64,000 nucleotides of DNA, taken from the NCBI RefSeq assembly GCF_009914755.1, contig NC_060929.1; one strand, 5' to 3'. The notes beneath the pieces are model-generated. The model made no database searches. It worked only from the letters and a program-made list of their open reading frames with translations, and was not told the DNA's origin. A program made the position numbers and the translations under genes. Source of the stretch: the human T2T-CHM13v2.0 reference genome, Homo sapiens. Shown here piece after piece: positions 38,370 to 53,879 of this stretch. Within the stretch, counting starts at the first letter, position 1. Each line of letters begins with the position of its first letter.

Positions 38370-38480
38370 CACCTCTACTTTGCAGATGAGGAAACTGAGG
38401 CCCAAGGATGTCGTGTGATTAGCCTGAGAATGAACTAATGGAAGAACCAAGATTCAAATTCAGGCTTCCTAAATCTTCCT
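38370..38480 (-). mobile_element. MIR fragment
   Basis: TTTGCAGATGAGGAAACTGAGGCCCA core. Confidence 0.8.
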
Positions 38481-38571
38481 TACACCAGATCATAGGCACC
38501 AGGATTCCTCCATTACAATTTTTTAACCACTGTGTGGATGGCAGAAGGAGTTTCAGCATAATTAAAACTTA

Positions 38572-38695
38572 TTAATTCACTTACTCAACAGATACATATC
38601 GAACACTTACTGTTTGTTAAATATAGTTGTAAGTGCTGGGGATATGGCCACCAATGAGACCAAGTCTCTAATCTCATGGAGCATACCTTTTAATA
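38572..38695 (-). mobile_element. L2 3' fragment
   Basis: ATTCACTTACTCAACAGATACATATCGAACACTTACT...GTGCTGGGGATA. Confidence 0.65.
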
Positions 38696-39474
38696 GATGC
38701 TGAATCAGAACCCATTGATTGGTGTTTTCCAAAATGAGTGGTAAACTTTACCTTTAATACACTGTAAAAGTGTTGTTCATATAAAATAAATTACCATTGT
38801 TGTTTTAAAGAAAAATCTCATGGATATGACTCAAACTCTCAAATCTATTTTAGATGCTATCACACTTAAAAATCGTGTTTCTATTTACTTTTCATTTATG
38901 CTTTCATCCCCAGTGAGGGCAAATTTTAAAGAAGATTTACCTTGATAAGTCATTGATATAAATTTAACCTAGAGCTTTACAGTATTTAATACATTTATCT
39001 GGTTTATGAATTTTTCTATCTCAAATTTACTTAAAATTTTTTTACCATTACAGATTATCAGTGGCTTTATTGGATATAACCTTGGCATTCTAGAGAATAC
39101 ATGTCACAAATTGACTGAAGGAAAAGATCTACCTGCTACAGTCTCATTTAAAAATTACCCAGGCTGCTCTTATATATGTGGCTGGAACTTCTTACACCTC
39201 ATCATCATTATCATTCCCTTATCACTTCCATCAATAGGCAATTAACATTTACAGAACTCTAACTCAGCTACAAGCTGAGGAAAATGACATGAAAAGCAGA
39301 TATAGTTACTGTTCTTATGGAGCTTACAGTCAAGTTATATAGATGGACATTAGTTGAATAGCCACACACCTAATGGAAAATGTAACTGGAGTGATCGTTT
39401 TGGTGATGATTTTGAATATAATCATCACCATTGTTAGGAGAAGCAGTAAATATGAGAGGTGTTAAACACAATCT

Positions 39475-39750
39475 CTCATTTTCTGTAGAGTCTAAAGGTA
39501 CATCTTTTCCAGATTTTAGCATTTCTGAAATAAAGATGCACCTTCCAGTTTATGTCATCTGGATGTTAAGATGTTTTAGAAATCATTTAGCCAACTTCAT
39601 TTGATACGAGCAATGAATGAAAAATCTAAGTCTCATGCAGCCCTTATACTAGGATGAAATCATTTGTTTAGTTGGTAGTATGTTTTTTCTTTCTTAGTGG
39701 TATATAAGAGTACATTTTTAAACAATGGTATCTTAGACTATATACAGTAG
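39475..39750 (+). mobile_element. MER104/Kanga-like TcMar-Tc2 DNA transposon
   Basis: TTTTAGCATTTCTGAAATAAAGATGCA and TTTCTTTCTTAGTGGTATATAA...TGGTATCTTAGA match the recalled MER104 ends. Confidence 0.6.
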
Positions 39751-40353
39751 ATGGAGGCCACTGATATGTGCTCAGAATACATAGGTACACCTCACAGCCT
39801 CTGTTCTAAAAAAGACCTCAAACTTTAACTAAATTTAAAGACTATGTTGTAGGCATCATTGAGTGATCTTAGCTTAGAGCTCCAAAATAGAAAATGGATA
39901 ATAGCACTGTTTCATGGGCTGAACATCGGGATTATTTGCACTTACATTTTCAGCCCATGTTCACTTGCTAAAAGTGTTCATCTCCATCTCCCTTCTGCCC
40001 AGTTTTCCTAACAATTTGCCTCTGTAACCAATAATGCTTTGAAACAGCAAATGCCACAGGCTGATAGACTTTATAATAGTGTCACAGTAGTTTCATATAA
40101 TTAAGGGACACTGTTGGATTTTAAAAACCAAATGGGGGATGAGGGAAAGAAAGGACACTAGGTGAAAATATTGCTGTAAGAACATGAATCAATTTGGTCA
40201 GAAGCACATTTAGCCAAATATTTGATAATACCACATTCAGGAAGAACAGGTGAAGGCTTGATTCAGACTGGAAATGATACTGATCAAGAGGGGAAGAGTG
40301 TTTAGCCTGGTGGACAAGTTTACTTGTCAGATGTGAGGATGAGGAAAAATAAT

Positions 40354-40356
<3 letters not shown>

Positions 40357-40404
<48 letters not shown>
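40357..40404. repeat. (TG)24 microsatellite
   Basis: Perfect dinucleotide run. Confidence 0.98.
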
Positions 40405-40409
<5 letters not shown>

Positions 40410-41504
40410 AGGGAGCATGTTTGAATGTTACATTTCAAGACTTTAAATTAGCTTTTATAACATAATAGATCTTCCATATAGTTTTTATTTAGTGTGTGAA
40501 TGTTTAGAAAAGTCTGTGGCATCCTTCTGAAATCCAGATTATCCCTTACTGTTTACCAGTCTAGAAAGGATACCTGGTAATAGTTGCAAGCACAGCTAAG
40601 TTTTAGGGTCAGAGAAATCCTAAATGATTTCATTTTCTCACTTTCATGGAAGGTTTTACCCTATTACTTCATTATATCTTTTTAAAATCCTTTTGAATTC
40701 ACATTATGAGAAAGCTTAATAGCTAAAGCTAGTTAGTGATAAGGTACTTCTGGCATATTAACAAACTTGAATCCAAGCCAAAATGGAATTTTCTATTGCT
40801 GTCTTTAACATTTGAATAATGTTTGAGAATATGTTCATGTATTTCTGTTAGGTTAATGTGGTGGTCTTCTGAACACACAGTTCCTGGTAGTAAGGTTTGT
40901 CTAACCCACCCACATTTGTTTAAAAAGTGCTAATTTAATGAATTTGATAAGCAATTGATTTCTGGGTGTGTTCCTATTTTGTCACAATTTAGGAAGCTTG
41001 AATGTATTTCTTAGCTTTTTAGAGAAGATTCTCCTTATGAAACAAACATCTTTCTTTGAGCTAAAAACAAAACAAAACCCATAGGTTATTAAAGGGAAGT
41101 AAAAAGTATTTGGTGTTTAAGAATTTCACTATTGTAAAAGAGAAACATTGTGATGTTAGCAATGCTTCCTCTGAGACTGAAAATTGTTCCTGAACTAGCA
41201 TCACACTCTTCAACACAAATAAACAAAAATATAATGCAAACATATTAAGCCCAAATTCTTAAGGTCCAATCTGCCATTTCTCTAAGGCAAAGAAAAATTT
41301 CAGTGAAAAAGGGCAGCGGAACTACTAGAAGAACACGGTAAAAACTCAATTATTTTTCTTAATAATATGTTGTGTAACCTAATACATCTAAAGTATTTCA
41401 AGTTGTAATCAATATAAAAATTAGATATTATAAATAAAAATATATACACATACACATATTTAGTAATTCTTTTTTAAATTAAGTTTAGGCGCAAAGTTGT
41501 ACAG

Positions 41505-42395
<891 letters not shown>

Positions 42396-42709
42396 AATGC
42401 ATTGTGGTCAGTGCTGCCACAGGGAGAGAAGCATGCATTCTCCTGAGCCTGAGAGCTGCCTGCCTGAGACTGCTTATAGCAACCCCACCTCCACCATCAG
42501 CATGGCCTCAGTGCTCTAGCATGCATCCTGAGTTCAGGCTCTCCCTGCATACTGTGGCTGCTGCTACTGATGCTGTCACTGAGGGCTGAAACACTTAATC
42601 CCCTGAGCCTGAGAACTTCCTGCCTGCCTGGGAGAGTTGACAGCAACCCTACTTCCACCAGCAGTAGGGCCACTTTTCCCCTGTGTTAGCGCAAGCCCTG
42701 AAGACAGGC

Positions 42710-43076
42710 TGTACTCTAAAGGAACGCCTGAGACAGGGTAATTTCTAAAGAAATGGAGTTTATTTGGCTCATGGTTCTACAGGCTTAACAAGAAGCATGG
42801 TGCTGACATCTGCATCTGGTAAGAGCTTCAGACTGCTTCCAGGGGAGCAGGCAAAATAAGAGGGACAAAGAAAAGAGAGGAGGAAGCACCAGACTCCTTT
42901 CAACAACCAGTTCTTGCAGGAACTAAACGTAAGAATTTACTCACTCCCTCAAGAATGGCAACAAGCCCTTCATGAGTTCAACCCTATGACCCAAGCACCT
43001 CCCAGTAGGCCCCACCTCCAACATTGGGATGAAATTTCAGCAGGTGCTTTTGGGGGCAAATATCCAAGCCATAGCA
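42710..43076 (-). mobile_element. MSTB-like solo LTR in the L1 5' region
   Basis: TGTA...CCTGAGACAGGGTAATTT...ATCCAAGCCATAGCA; TSD CAGGC/CCGGC. Confidence 0.85.
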
Positions 43077-45753
43077 CCGGCTCTTCTCAAATATCACCAG
43101 GGATCACCCTGCCCCGCCTACTACAGCTTGCACTTGTGTGGATCACTGGGAGGTCTGACGCCAGGCATGCAAAGCCTGACGCTACCTCTCCCCTCCCCAG
43201 GCCTGAGCACACTGCTTGTGAAACTGGGAATCACTCTGCTTAGTCTACTGCCTCTGGCATTTGTGCACTCCTCTGAAAGACCTGAAGATGTGTCAATCCA
43301 GCCTGACTCCAACAGCACCACTGGAACTCCCTGCACATGCCACCCAGGTGCCTGAAGCCTGGCTCACCTAGCCCATTTTGGCCACTGTTAACATTAAGCA
43401 GTGCTACCTGGGAGCCCAAGGATTGTCCTGCCACCACTATTCCCATTGTCTCTACCACATGTACTGCCAGGGCTCTGAGGAGCTGCTCACTCATCTGGTC
43501 AACCACTGCCACTACTGGCACCTGAGCAAGCCATGTAGGGGACCATGAATCAGCCCACCTGGACCTGCTATCATGGGTGCCCACATATACTGCTTGGGGG
43601 TCCAAGGACAAGAACACTTAGCCTATCTACTACTGTCACCACCAGGGCCCAGGACTGGCTGATGAGGCATCCCTGTCTACGCCAAAGCCTCATCTCAGCC
43701 TCCACTTACAACTATAGTCAAGCCACTGAGGAAATCAGGCACCACTGATGCTGTTCACAGCTGAAGAAATCATATGGAGCCTACACTATTGCATGCACCC
43801 AGAATCAAAGTGAAAGTATCCTTCTGAATCATTGCCATAGACACATCTTCAGGAAAAAGTCTTCCCCTACAAAAGTTAGTCCAAAAATTGGAAGAGGCAA
43901 CTGTTACACCAGATGTACAGATACCAATGTAAGGACACCAGAAACACAAAGCAAGGACAGCTCCATAGCATCACAACAATTCTTCAATAACAGATTCTAA
44001 TTGGAAAAAAAAGTTATAAAATGCTGCAAAAATTTTGAAATAATGATAGTGAAGTTCAGTAAGATATAAGACAACAAAGATAAGCAATACAAAGAAATTA
44101 GAAAGGTAATTCAGGATATGAATGAGAAATTCACCAAAATGATGGGATATAATGAAAAAGAACCAAACATAAATCCTGGAACTGAAGAATTCAATATGTA
44201 AAGTAAAAATATATTTGAGGGCTTCTACAATAGACTAGATCAAGAAGAAGAAAGAATTTCATAACTTGAAGAGAAGTCTTTTGAAACAAGCCAGGCAGAC
44301 AAAGAAAAAAGAAAAAAAAAGAACAAATTCTACATGACATATAAGACACCAGAAAGCAATCAAATATTTGAATTTTGGGTGTTCTAGTAAATGAAGAGAA
44401 GGCCAACAACATAGAAAACTTATTTAACAAAATAATAGCTGAAGTCTTCCCAAGTCAAGTGAGATTTACACATTTAATACAGGAAGCTCAGAGATCCCCA
44501 AATAGATACAACCCAAAAAGATCTTCTTGGCATATCACAGTCAAACTATCAAAAATCAAAGTCATAGAATTCTAAAAACAGAATGAGGAGAACATTTAGT
44601 TACATATAAGAAAACTCCTATCAGAATAAGAATAGATTTCTCAGCAGAAACTTTACAGACCAGAAGAGAGTGGGAAGATGTATTCAAAGTACTAAAAAAC
44701 AAACAAACAAACAAACAAACAAACAAACTGGAAGGCAAGAATTCTATAGCCAGCAAAGTTATTCTACATAAGTTGAGAGAAATAAAGTATTTCTCAGATG
44801 AGCAAAAACTGAAGGAATTCATCACTACCACTAGACCAACCCTATAAAAAATGCTTAAGGCAGCCCTAAACCTGGAAGTGAAAGGGTAATATTTTCCACC
44901 ATGAAAACACACAAAAGAATAAAACTAATTGGTAAAGCAAACACACAAATGAGGAAGAGAAAGGACTCAAATGTTATTAAAATAGAAAACCACCAAACTG
45001 CAATGATAACAATAAAAGAAAGAGAGAGAAAAAAAACCCCAAAGGATATTAAAAAAAAATTCAGAAAACAATGAACGATATGACAGGAACTAATCCTCAC
45101 ATATAAACAACCTTGAATGTAAATAAGTTAAATTTTTCAATTAAAATATAGAATGTCTAAATGGATTTTCAAAAATGATTCACCTGTATGCTGCTTGAGA
45201 GAAACTCCCTTCACCTGTGAAGACATATATAGATTGAAAGTTAAGGAATAGAAAAAGATATTCCATGCAAATGGAAACCAAACGTGAGCAGGAGTTGTTA
45301 TATTTATGTGAGGTACAACAGAGTCTAAGTCAACAAACAGTGAAAGGAGACAAAGAGGGTTGTTATATAATGGTAAAGTAATCTAAATAATCTATTTAGC
45401 AAGAGGATAGAACAATTCTAAATATACATGCGCCTACAACTGGAGAACCCAAATACACAAAGCAAATATTACTAGATTTAAAGAGAGAGAGATTAAACTG
45501 TAATACAATAACAGTTGAGGGCTTCAACACCCCCTCTCAGCACTAGATAGATAATTTAGACAGAAAACCAAAGAAACGTTGGATTAAAACTGGACTTTAG
45601 AACAGAGGACATTAACAGACATCTACAGAACACTTTATCCAACAGCTACAGAATATACATTCTTCTCATCAGCACGTGAAACATTCTGCAAGATAGACCA
45701 CCACATTTTAGCTACAAAACAAGTTTCAAATTTGTAAAACATTTAAATTATAT

Positions 45754-46005
45754 TTCCCAATGTTTAGCTCCCACTTATAAATGAGAATAAGCAGTATTTG
45801 GTTAGACACTGGGGACTAACTAGAGGGAGGAGATTGGGAGGAGCAAGGGCTGAAAAACTACCTATTGGGTACTATGCTCACTGCTTGGGTGATGGAATAA
45901 TTTGTACCCCAAACTTCAATGTCATGTAATGTACCCATGTAACAAATCTTCACATGTATCCCCTGAATTTAAAATAAAAGTTGAAATTATTAAAAAAGAA
46001 AGAAG
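45754..46005 (+). mobile_element. Short 5'-inverted L1PA (PA13-16-like) 3'UTR insertion
   Basis: Antisense 3'UTR piece 45754-45803 joined to sense 3'UTR AGACACTGGGGACT...AATAAAAGTTGAAA and an A-rich tail. Confidence 0.85.
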
Positions 46006-47641
46006 CAAATAAATTGAAATGTTTATTCCAGACCCATTTTTGGTGATAACTGAAGAATTATGAATAATTTGAAAGATTAGAAGAAAGTTGTCCATACTTC
46101 TTTTCTTATAAAATGTTGTTCTCTAAAAACTTATGCAAGTGAGTGTGGCAATAACCTCAACCAAATTAAACAAAAATCATGTTCGGACTTAAAGTGAGTA
46201 TCTGAAGGGCCCTGATTATTCACTGGGAATCAAAAGAATTGTTTCTCTTGAAAAACAGTTGAAGTCAGGTCAAGTACTTTCTCAGACCACAATGGAATAA
46301 AAGTAGAAATTATTACCAAAGGGAAATATAGAAACTATTCAAAAGCATTAAAATTAAACATGCTCCTGAATGACCAATGGGTTAATGAAGAAGTTAGGAT
46401 GAAAATTTTAAAAATTTGCTTGAAACAAACGAAAATGAAAGCACAATATAACAAAATTTGTGGAATACCACAGCAGAAACAGTGCTAAGAGGAAAGTTTA
46501 TAGCAATAAACACCTACATTAAAAAGTAGAAAGATTTCAAATAAGCAATCTAATGGTACACCTCAAGGAACTAGAAAAGCAAGAACTAATCAAACTCAAA
46601 ATTAGCAGCAGAAAAGAAAAGATACAAATCGAGTAGAACTGAATGAAATAGCATATAAGGAAACAATACAAAGGATCAGTGAAACAAAAAGTTGCTATTT
46701 TTAAAAAGATAAGCAAAACTGATAAACCACTGGCTAGATTAATCACGAAAAAAATGCAACCCAAATAAAATCAGAAACGAAAAAGGTGACATTACAACTA
46801 ATACTACAGAAATTCAAGAGATCATTATAGATTATTATGAACAACTATATGCCAACAAACTGGAAAACCCAGGGGAAATAAATAAATTCCTGGCCACATA
46901 CAACCTACCTAGATTGAATCTTAAACAGAAATCCTGCACAGATTAGTAATGAGTAACGGGATTCAGTCAGGAATAAAGTCTCCCAACAAACAAAAGTCCA
47001 GGACTTGATGACTTTAGTGCCAAATTCTATCAAACTTTCAAAGAAGAATAAACATCAATTCTCATCAAGCTATTCCTAAAAAAATGAAGAGTAAGGAATT
47101 CTCCCTAACTTCTTCTATGAGCCAAACATTACCCTGATACCAAAAGCTGACAAAAAAATGCAACAACAACAAAGAAAACTAGGGTCGATATTCCTGATGA
47201 TCATGGACTCAAAATTCTCAACAAAATACTAGCAAACTGAATCCAACAGCATGTCAAAAAACATACCCTCTGACCAAGTGGTATATATCCTGGAGATGCA
47301 AGGATGACTCAAAATGTGAAAATCAATAAACATGATACATCACATCAACAGAATGAAGGATAAAACCATATGATTATCTCAATAGACACAGACAAAGCAT
47401 TTGATAAAATTCAACATTCCTTCATGATAAATCTCTCATCAAACTAGGCATAGAAAAAATGTACCTCAACATAGCAAAGGCCAAATATGACCAACACAGA
47501 GCTAACATTATACTGAATGAAGAAAAACTGAAAGTCTTTTCTCTAAGAACTGGAACAAGACAAGGATTCCACTTTTAACATGTCTATTCAACATAGTACT
47601 GGAAGTTCTAGCCTGAGTAATTAGGTAAGAGAAAGAGGTAA

Positions 47642-48002
<361 letters not shown>

Positions 48003-49379
48003 ATGATAAGATCTTATATTTAGAGAATCCAAGAGTCCACCAAAAGCCTCTTAGAGCTGATAAGTAAATTCAGTAAAGCTGCTGGCTACAAAATCAACAT
48101 GCAACAATAAGTAGTGTTTCTATACACCAAAAATGAACTAGCTGAAAAGAAAATCAAGAAAGCAGTTCCATTTATAATAGCTACAAAAAAACCCCCAAAA
48201 TAACTAGGAATAAATTTAACCAGGACGTAAAAGGGCTGTACAAGAAAACTACAAAACACTGAAGAAAGAAATTGAAGAGGACACAAACAAGTGGAATAAC
48301 ATTCTGGGCTCACGGAGCAGAATTAAAATTATTAAAATGACCACGCAACTCAAAACAACCTACAGATTTAATGTAATCTCTATCAAAATACTGATGTCAT
48401 TCTTCACTGAAATGAAAAAAAAACCTCCTAAAGTTTGTATGGAATCAAAAAGAGCTCAAATAACCAAAGCAATCCAGAGCAAAAAGAACAAAACTGGAGG
48501 CATTACACAACCTGACTTCAAAATATATTACGAGGCTGTTATAACCAAGAAGCATGGAATTGGCATAAAAACAGACACATAGACCAATGGAACAGAACAG
48601 AGAACCCAGACATAAATCCACATATTTACCACCAACTGACATTAGATAAAGTCACCAAGAACATACATTTAGGAAAGAACAACATCTTCAATAAATGATG
48701 CTGGTAAAACTGGATATCCACATGCAGATGAGTGAACCTAGACTCTTATCTCTCACCATATACAAAAATCAACTCAAGATGGATTAAAGTCTTAAATGTA
48801 AGCCCCCAATCTATTCTAGATAAAAACATAGGGAAACACTTCAGGATATTGTTCTATGCAAATACTTTATGGCTAAGAATTCAAAAACATAGGCAACAAA
48901 ACCAAAAATAGACAAATGTGACTCTATTAAACCAAGCTTCTGCACAGCACAGGAAACAACCAACACAGCAGAGACAAGCTGTTGAATGGGAGAAAATATT
49001 TCCAAGCTATTTATTCAACAAAGGAAGCATACCCAGAATATACACAGAACTCAAACAACTCAACAGTAAAAAAGCAAAATTTTTTAATCATTAAAAATTT
49101 GTCAAAGGACACAAAATAGACATTCCTCAAAAGAAGACATGCAAATGGCTCACAGGTATATGAAAAATGCTCAACATCCCCAATCATCAGAAAAATGCAA
49201 ATTAAAACCACAATGAGATATTATCTTACCTTAGATGGAGTGATTATCATCAAAAGGACAAAAAAAAAAAAAAAACAGCTGCTGATGAAGGTGCAGAGAA
49301 GGGGGAATTCTTATACACTGTTGGTAAAAAATGTAAATTAGTATAGCAGTATGGAAGACAGTATAGCAGTATGGAAGAG

Positions 49380-49719
49380 TCCAGAATGCCGGACTTTTCT
49401 CTGACCACCCCTGATCGAATTTCTGTCAGCATCTGCATCGTTCCACCATTGATGGCCTACTGGCATCTGTCAGTGTGTTCTTCTGCTGGTGTGCTCCTCT
49501 CCACATCCAGTCACTTGTGTGTGTGTGTGCCCACTAGGGTCTCAGGGTTTTGGTGGGCACAGGATGGGGGGCATGGCAGGCCAAAAGGCAACTTTTGGGG
49601 TGTGAAAAACAGGAGTGCCTGTTCTCACTTAGGTCCTTGGGCACAGGCCCAAGGGTGGAGCCCTTGCCAGGGACACTGCCCTTCTCTACCCAGCACTTCC
49701 CTGCCCCCTTCCCATATCA
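49380..49719 (-). mobile_element. MER52-like ERV1 LTR, 5' fragment
   Basis: Reverse complement starts TGATATGGGAAGGGGGCAGGGAAGTGCTGGGTAGAGAAGGGC. Confidence 0.8.
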
Positions 49720-51454
49720 AAACCAGAAAAAGTTAACCAAAGCCACTGTTCTTTTTAGGAAGCAGGGAAGAAAAAAGGTAAAGAGAATATGCACCTGTTA
49801 GAGAATATGCTACTTTTCGAAACAACTTCCTAAATGTGTTTATAATGCAGGAGCTTAAGTGTTGTGCTGCAGATTTCTGAAAGTTTCACAATATAAACAT
49901 TTTGTTTGGGACATAGAACCTAGGTGATAATCATGTTGTTTTATTTCCACTTGATAACCTTCGTAGTAAAATGTGCTCACCTTTTTATTTATTCCAACCA
50001 TAGGTCTCTCTTTTTTGTATTTTAGACTTTAGGGAGAAGGGAAAAGAAAATATTCCTTGTGAGAAAAAGGAACATGACCACAGCTTCAGCTCTGAGTCCA
50101 TTACATTGCAATACTGTTTCCCAAAACACTGTAAGGGCCCAGAAGTCCTATATTTTACTTCATCTTCTATGTATATTACAGGATGTGCCAATAATAAGCA
50201 CTCAGCTCAAATGGAGTCTATCTATAAACTAGATTCATATTTTAAACAAAAAATGAAAATAAAAACTGGGAATAAATAGCCATGTACCTAAGATAAAATA
50301 ATTCAGTAGCTGAGCATAGAACTTAAAATTATGAATTACACAAAGATTAACATAAAATTAAATTATGTATGTTTGCATTTTATATAGAGGACACATATGA
50401 AAACATATGTAACTATATGTAAACTTCTGATACGGTAATATATGTAACCATATGGAAACATGTGAAAACCAATGTTAGTATCTGGAATTTTCAGGCAGGC
50501 TCTAGCTTATTTGACATTGCCCAGCCAGTAGTAATCAACACTGAGCATCCCCACAAATTGCCAGGGTTGTATTCCCCATTTGAAGGCAAGAATAGCTGCC
50601 AAGTTATTTTCTTGTCTCATATTTCGAAAAGAGACCAGACCAGCTGCACAGGAGTGTTGGGTGTCTGCATGGTTCCTCTCTTGAGTGATGCTTCATTTAC
50701 TTATGTTTGTTCCTGTTTTTATACAATTGTCAGTAATTTTCCTTGGCTCTTCTAATTGTCTACACTTTCCTGGCTCTTCTATTCAAATTATTTCATGCTC
50801 TTTTTCATTTGTATTTAGTATTAGCTGCACTGGCTTGTACAACTGGTCAAAGGTGAGTAAAGAGTTCATAAAGCAAACAGCAGATGCACTTCCTAATTAT
50901 ACTCTTGCCGTTATGAACAATGTGAAATATTCTATGTAATAAGTTCTGAGATGATATATTCCAAATTTTCTTTTTAATTTGTGTTCTTTTCATGTCAACA
51001 ACACAGTGTTCTTCAAGGGAATTGTTTACTTTATTTCTTCTTTTCCTACATTAGATTATATTTATGCCTGCAGGAAATACCTCTTCCTCTTCCCTATCAG
51101 CGCTGTCATGCGTGTTGTAAATTATCAACACATAAAAGATGTAGAGTCCTTTTTATTTTTAGCTATTTGAATTGTAGATTAGGGTAAATTTACTATTGTG
51201 TTAATTTGAAGAAAAGCCATTATTAATTAATCATACAAGGGTTTAGAAACTAATCAATTGAGGTATATACTTACTGGTCTCCATCCCATCCACATATTAA
51301 TGATCTCCTCCCGTTTTCCTTAGAGCCTAAGATTCTTTCTATACTAAGAGAAGTTACAACTTTCACCAGACCATTTCTACCAAATTCAAACCCCAGTTGA
51401 CACACGGGTCACAGCCCTTTGATAACAACACCAGTTTCAAAGAAAGACCCAAGA

Positions 51455-51764
51455 GCCGGGCACAGTGGCTCACGCCTGTAATCCCAGCACTTTGGGAGGC
51501 TGAGGCGGGCGGATCACAAGGTCAGGAGATGGAGACCATCCTGGCTAACACGGTGAAACCCTGTCTCTGCTAAAAATACAAAAAATTAGCCGGGCGTAGC
51601 GGCAGGCGCCTGTAGTCCCAGCTACTCGGGAGGCTGAGGCAGGAGAATGGCGTGAACCCAGGAGGCGGAGCTTGCAGTGAGCCGATATCGCACCACTGCG
51701 CTACAGCCTGAGCTACAGAGCAACTCCGTCTCAAAAAAAAAAACAAAAAACAAAAAAAAAAAAA
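51455..51764 (+). mobile_element. AluY
   Basis: CCATCCTGGCTAACACGGTG and GGCGTGAACCC diagnostics; imperfect TSD AGACCCAAGAG/AGACCAAAGAG. Confidence 0.97.
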
Positions 51765-52066
51765 CAGACCAAAGAGTCCATCGCTGATCATGCAGACATG
51801 TAAATAGAGAACTGCTACGATTTATTTTTGAAAGGCTTATTATTGAAACTAGGAGAGACTGTAAACCATATTAGATGTGTTGGATTAAACATTTTTTCAA
51901 GTTGCATATAAAATTGACCATGCTTGGCAATTAAGTTACATATGCTTTATGTATTGAAGACAGGTCTTCTTTGGCATCATACTAAAAAGTTATCTTCTCT
52001 ATAAGCTATAAATTCTATTTACAAGTAGGGAAAGGAACTATTCTCACTTATCTGGGCTCTCTCATC

Positions 52067-52360
52067 AATCCCAGCACTTTGGGAGGCTGAGGTGGGCGGA
52101 TCACCTAAGGTCAAGAGTTCGAGACCAGCCTGACCAACATGGAGAAATTCTGTCTCTACGAAAAACACAAAATTAGCTGGGTGTGGTGACGCATGCCTGT
52201 AATCCCAGTTACTCGGGAGGCTGAGGCAGGAGGATCACTGGAACCTGGGAGGTGGAGGTTTGGTGAGCCAAGACTGTGCCATTGCATTCCAGCCTGGACA
52301 ACAAGAGCGAAACTCCATCTCAAACAACAACAACAACAACAACAACCAGAAACAAAATAA
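52067..52360 (+). mobile_element. 5'-truncated AluSp-like with (CAA)n tail
   Basis: CCTGACCAACATGGAGAAA; GACAACAAGAGCGAAACTCC. Confidence 0.94.
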
Positions 52361-53166
52361 ATCTTCAAGAAGCGTTTGAGGAATGAATGAGTTAGCTAGA
52401 AGGGAATCTGTGTATAACCTGAACTTTTTTCTTATAGAAGAAAAGGGATCCAAACATATATGAAGTGCCCTTTTGGAATTAATAAAACTATATGCAAAGC
52501 TGCTGATATAGTAGAGGTGTTCTAAAATCAGCAAGCTCACATGCAGAACTTTGATTGCTATGTGTTTTAAAGTCAAAATTATACATTCTCCTTTGAAATG
52601 GTGAAAAGCCACTGTGAATATAATGTATTATATAGATAGGTTATAAATATCTTGATGAGTCAATCCTATCTATATGAATATAAATATCTATTTGGCTATT
52701 TATGCAAATAAAAAAAATAATTTAATTTATGGAGCATCCAACTAACATGGGCCAAACGGCCAAAGTTTTAATTTCATGGTTAAGTTGCATCAACATGAAG
52801 AGCTATGAATATGTTAGCAGTTAGACGTGTGCAATGTAGAAGGTATTAGGAAATTTGTCCAAGTGTGCCATAAATTTCTGAATCATACTTTCAACCACCA
52901 GTGCCTCACCTCAAGGTGAAAAGAAGAAGCAAGAAAAATGTTATGTTTTATTGCTACCAGGGCCTTAGTTCTAAATGCCAGCAGAGAGCTCTGGAAAATT
53001 ACATTAATTTTTGTAAAGAAATGTTTTATGAGTCTTGACTGGCTTCAAATGCTGAGAGTGAAAGTAGAGGGGGTCCTGCTTAGCTTTTTGAAACTCTAAG
53101 CAAAGTCTCTGATGTTACTACTTGAAATTTCTTAAATAAGCAGAAAAGAGTTCAAGAGCCTAAGAG

Positions 53167-53466
<300 letters not shown>

Positions 53467-53879
53467 CTAAGAGTTTGTCTGAATGCTTGGGTGGTGTGGA
53501 AGTATGTATCCAAAATGAGAATAACATTCATTTGGTCTGCCTCTAATGAATATGAGAAGAAGGTATCTCAGTATTGGAGAAAAGAGAGTACAAATGACAC
53601 ATCACACTTTTTAATTCTCTGTTTTTGGCTTGACCTGTATCTCAACCTACTTGATGACTAATTAATTGTTTTTAATCCAAAACAATCATAGTTCATTCCT
53701 TCTGGATACAGAAAGAGAAAGAGGAAAGAAATACCTAAAGGTACCCAAGAGACCAACACTAAGTAGAAACAATTGCCTTCTGCAGTACATAAAATGTTAT
53801 ATAAGAAGAATAATCACCTTGTAAACAAATAATATCTGCTCAGTATAAAAAGGTATTCTCATTCCCTGCTGCAAAGGAC

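Noticed and set aside
50385-50470. ATATGTAAC-like imperfect repeats
   Set aside because: Short AT-rich low-complexity sequence with no stable period.
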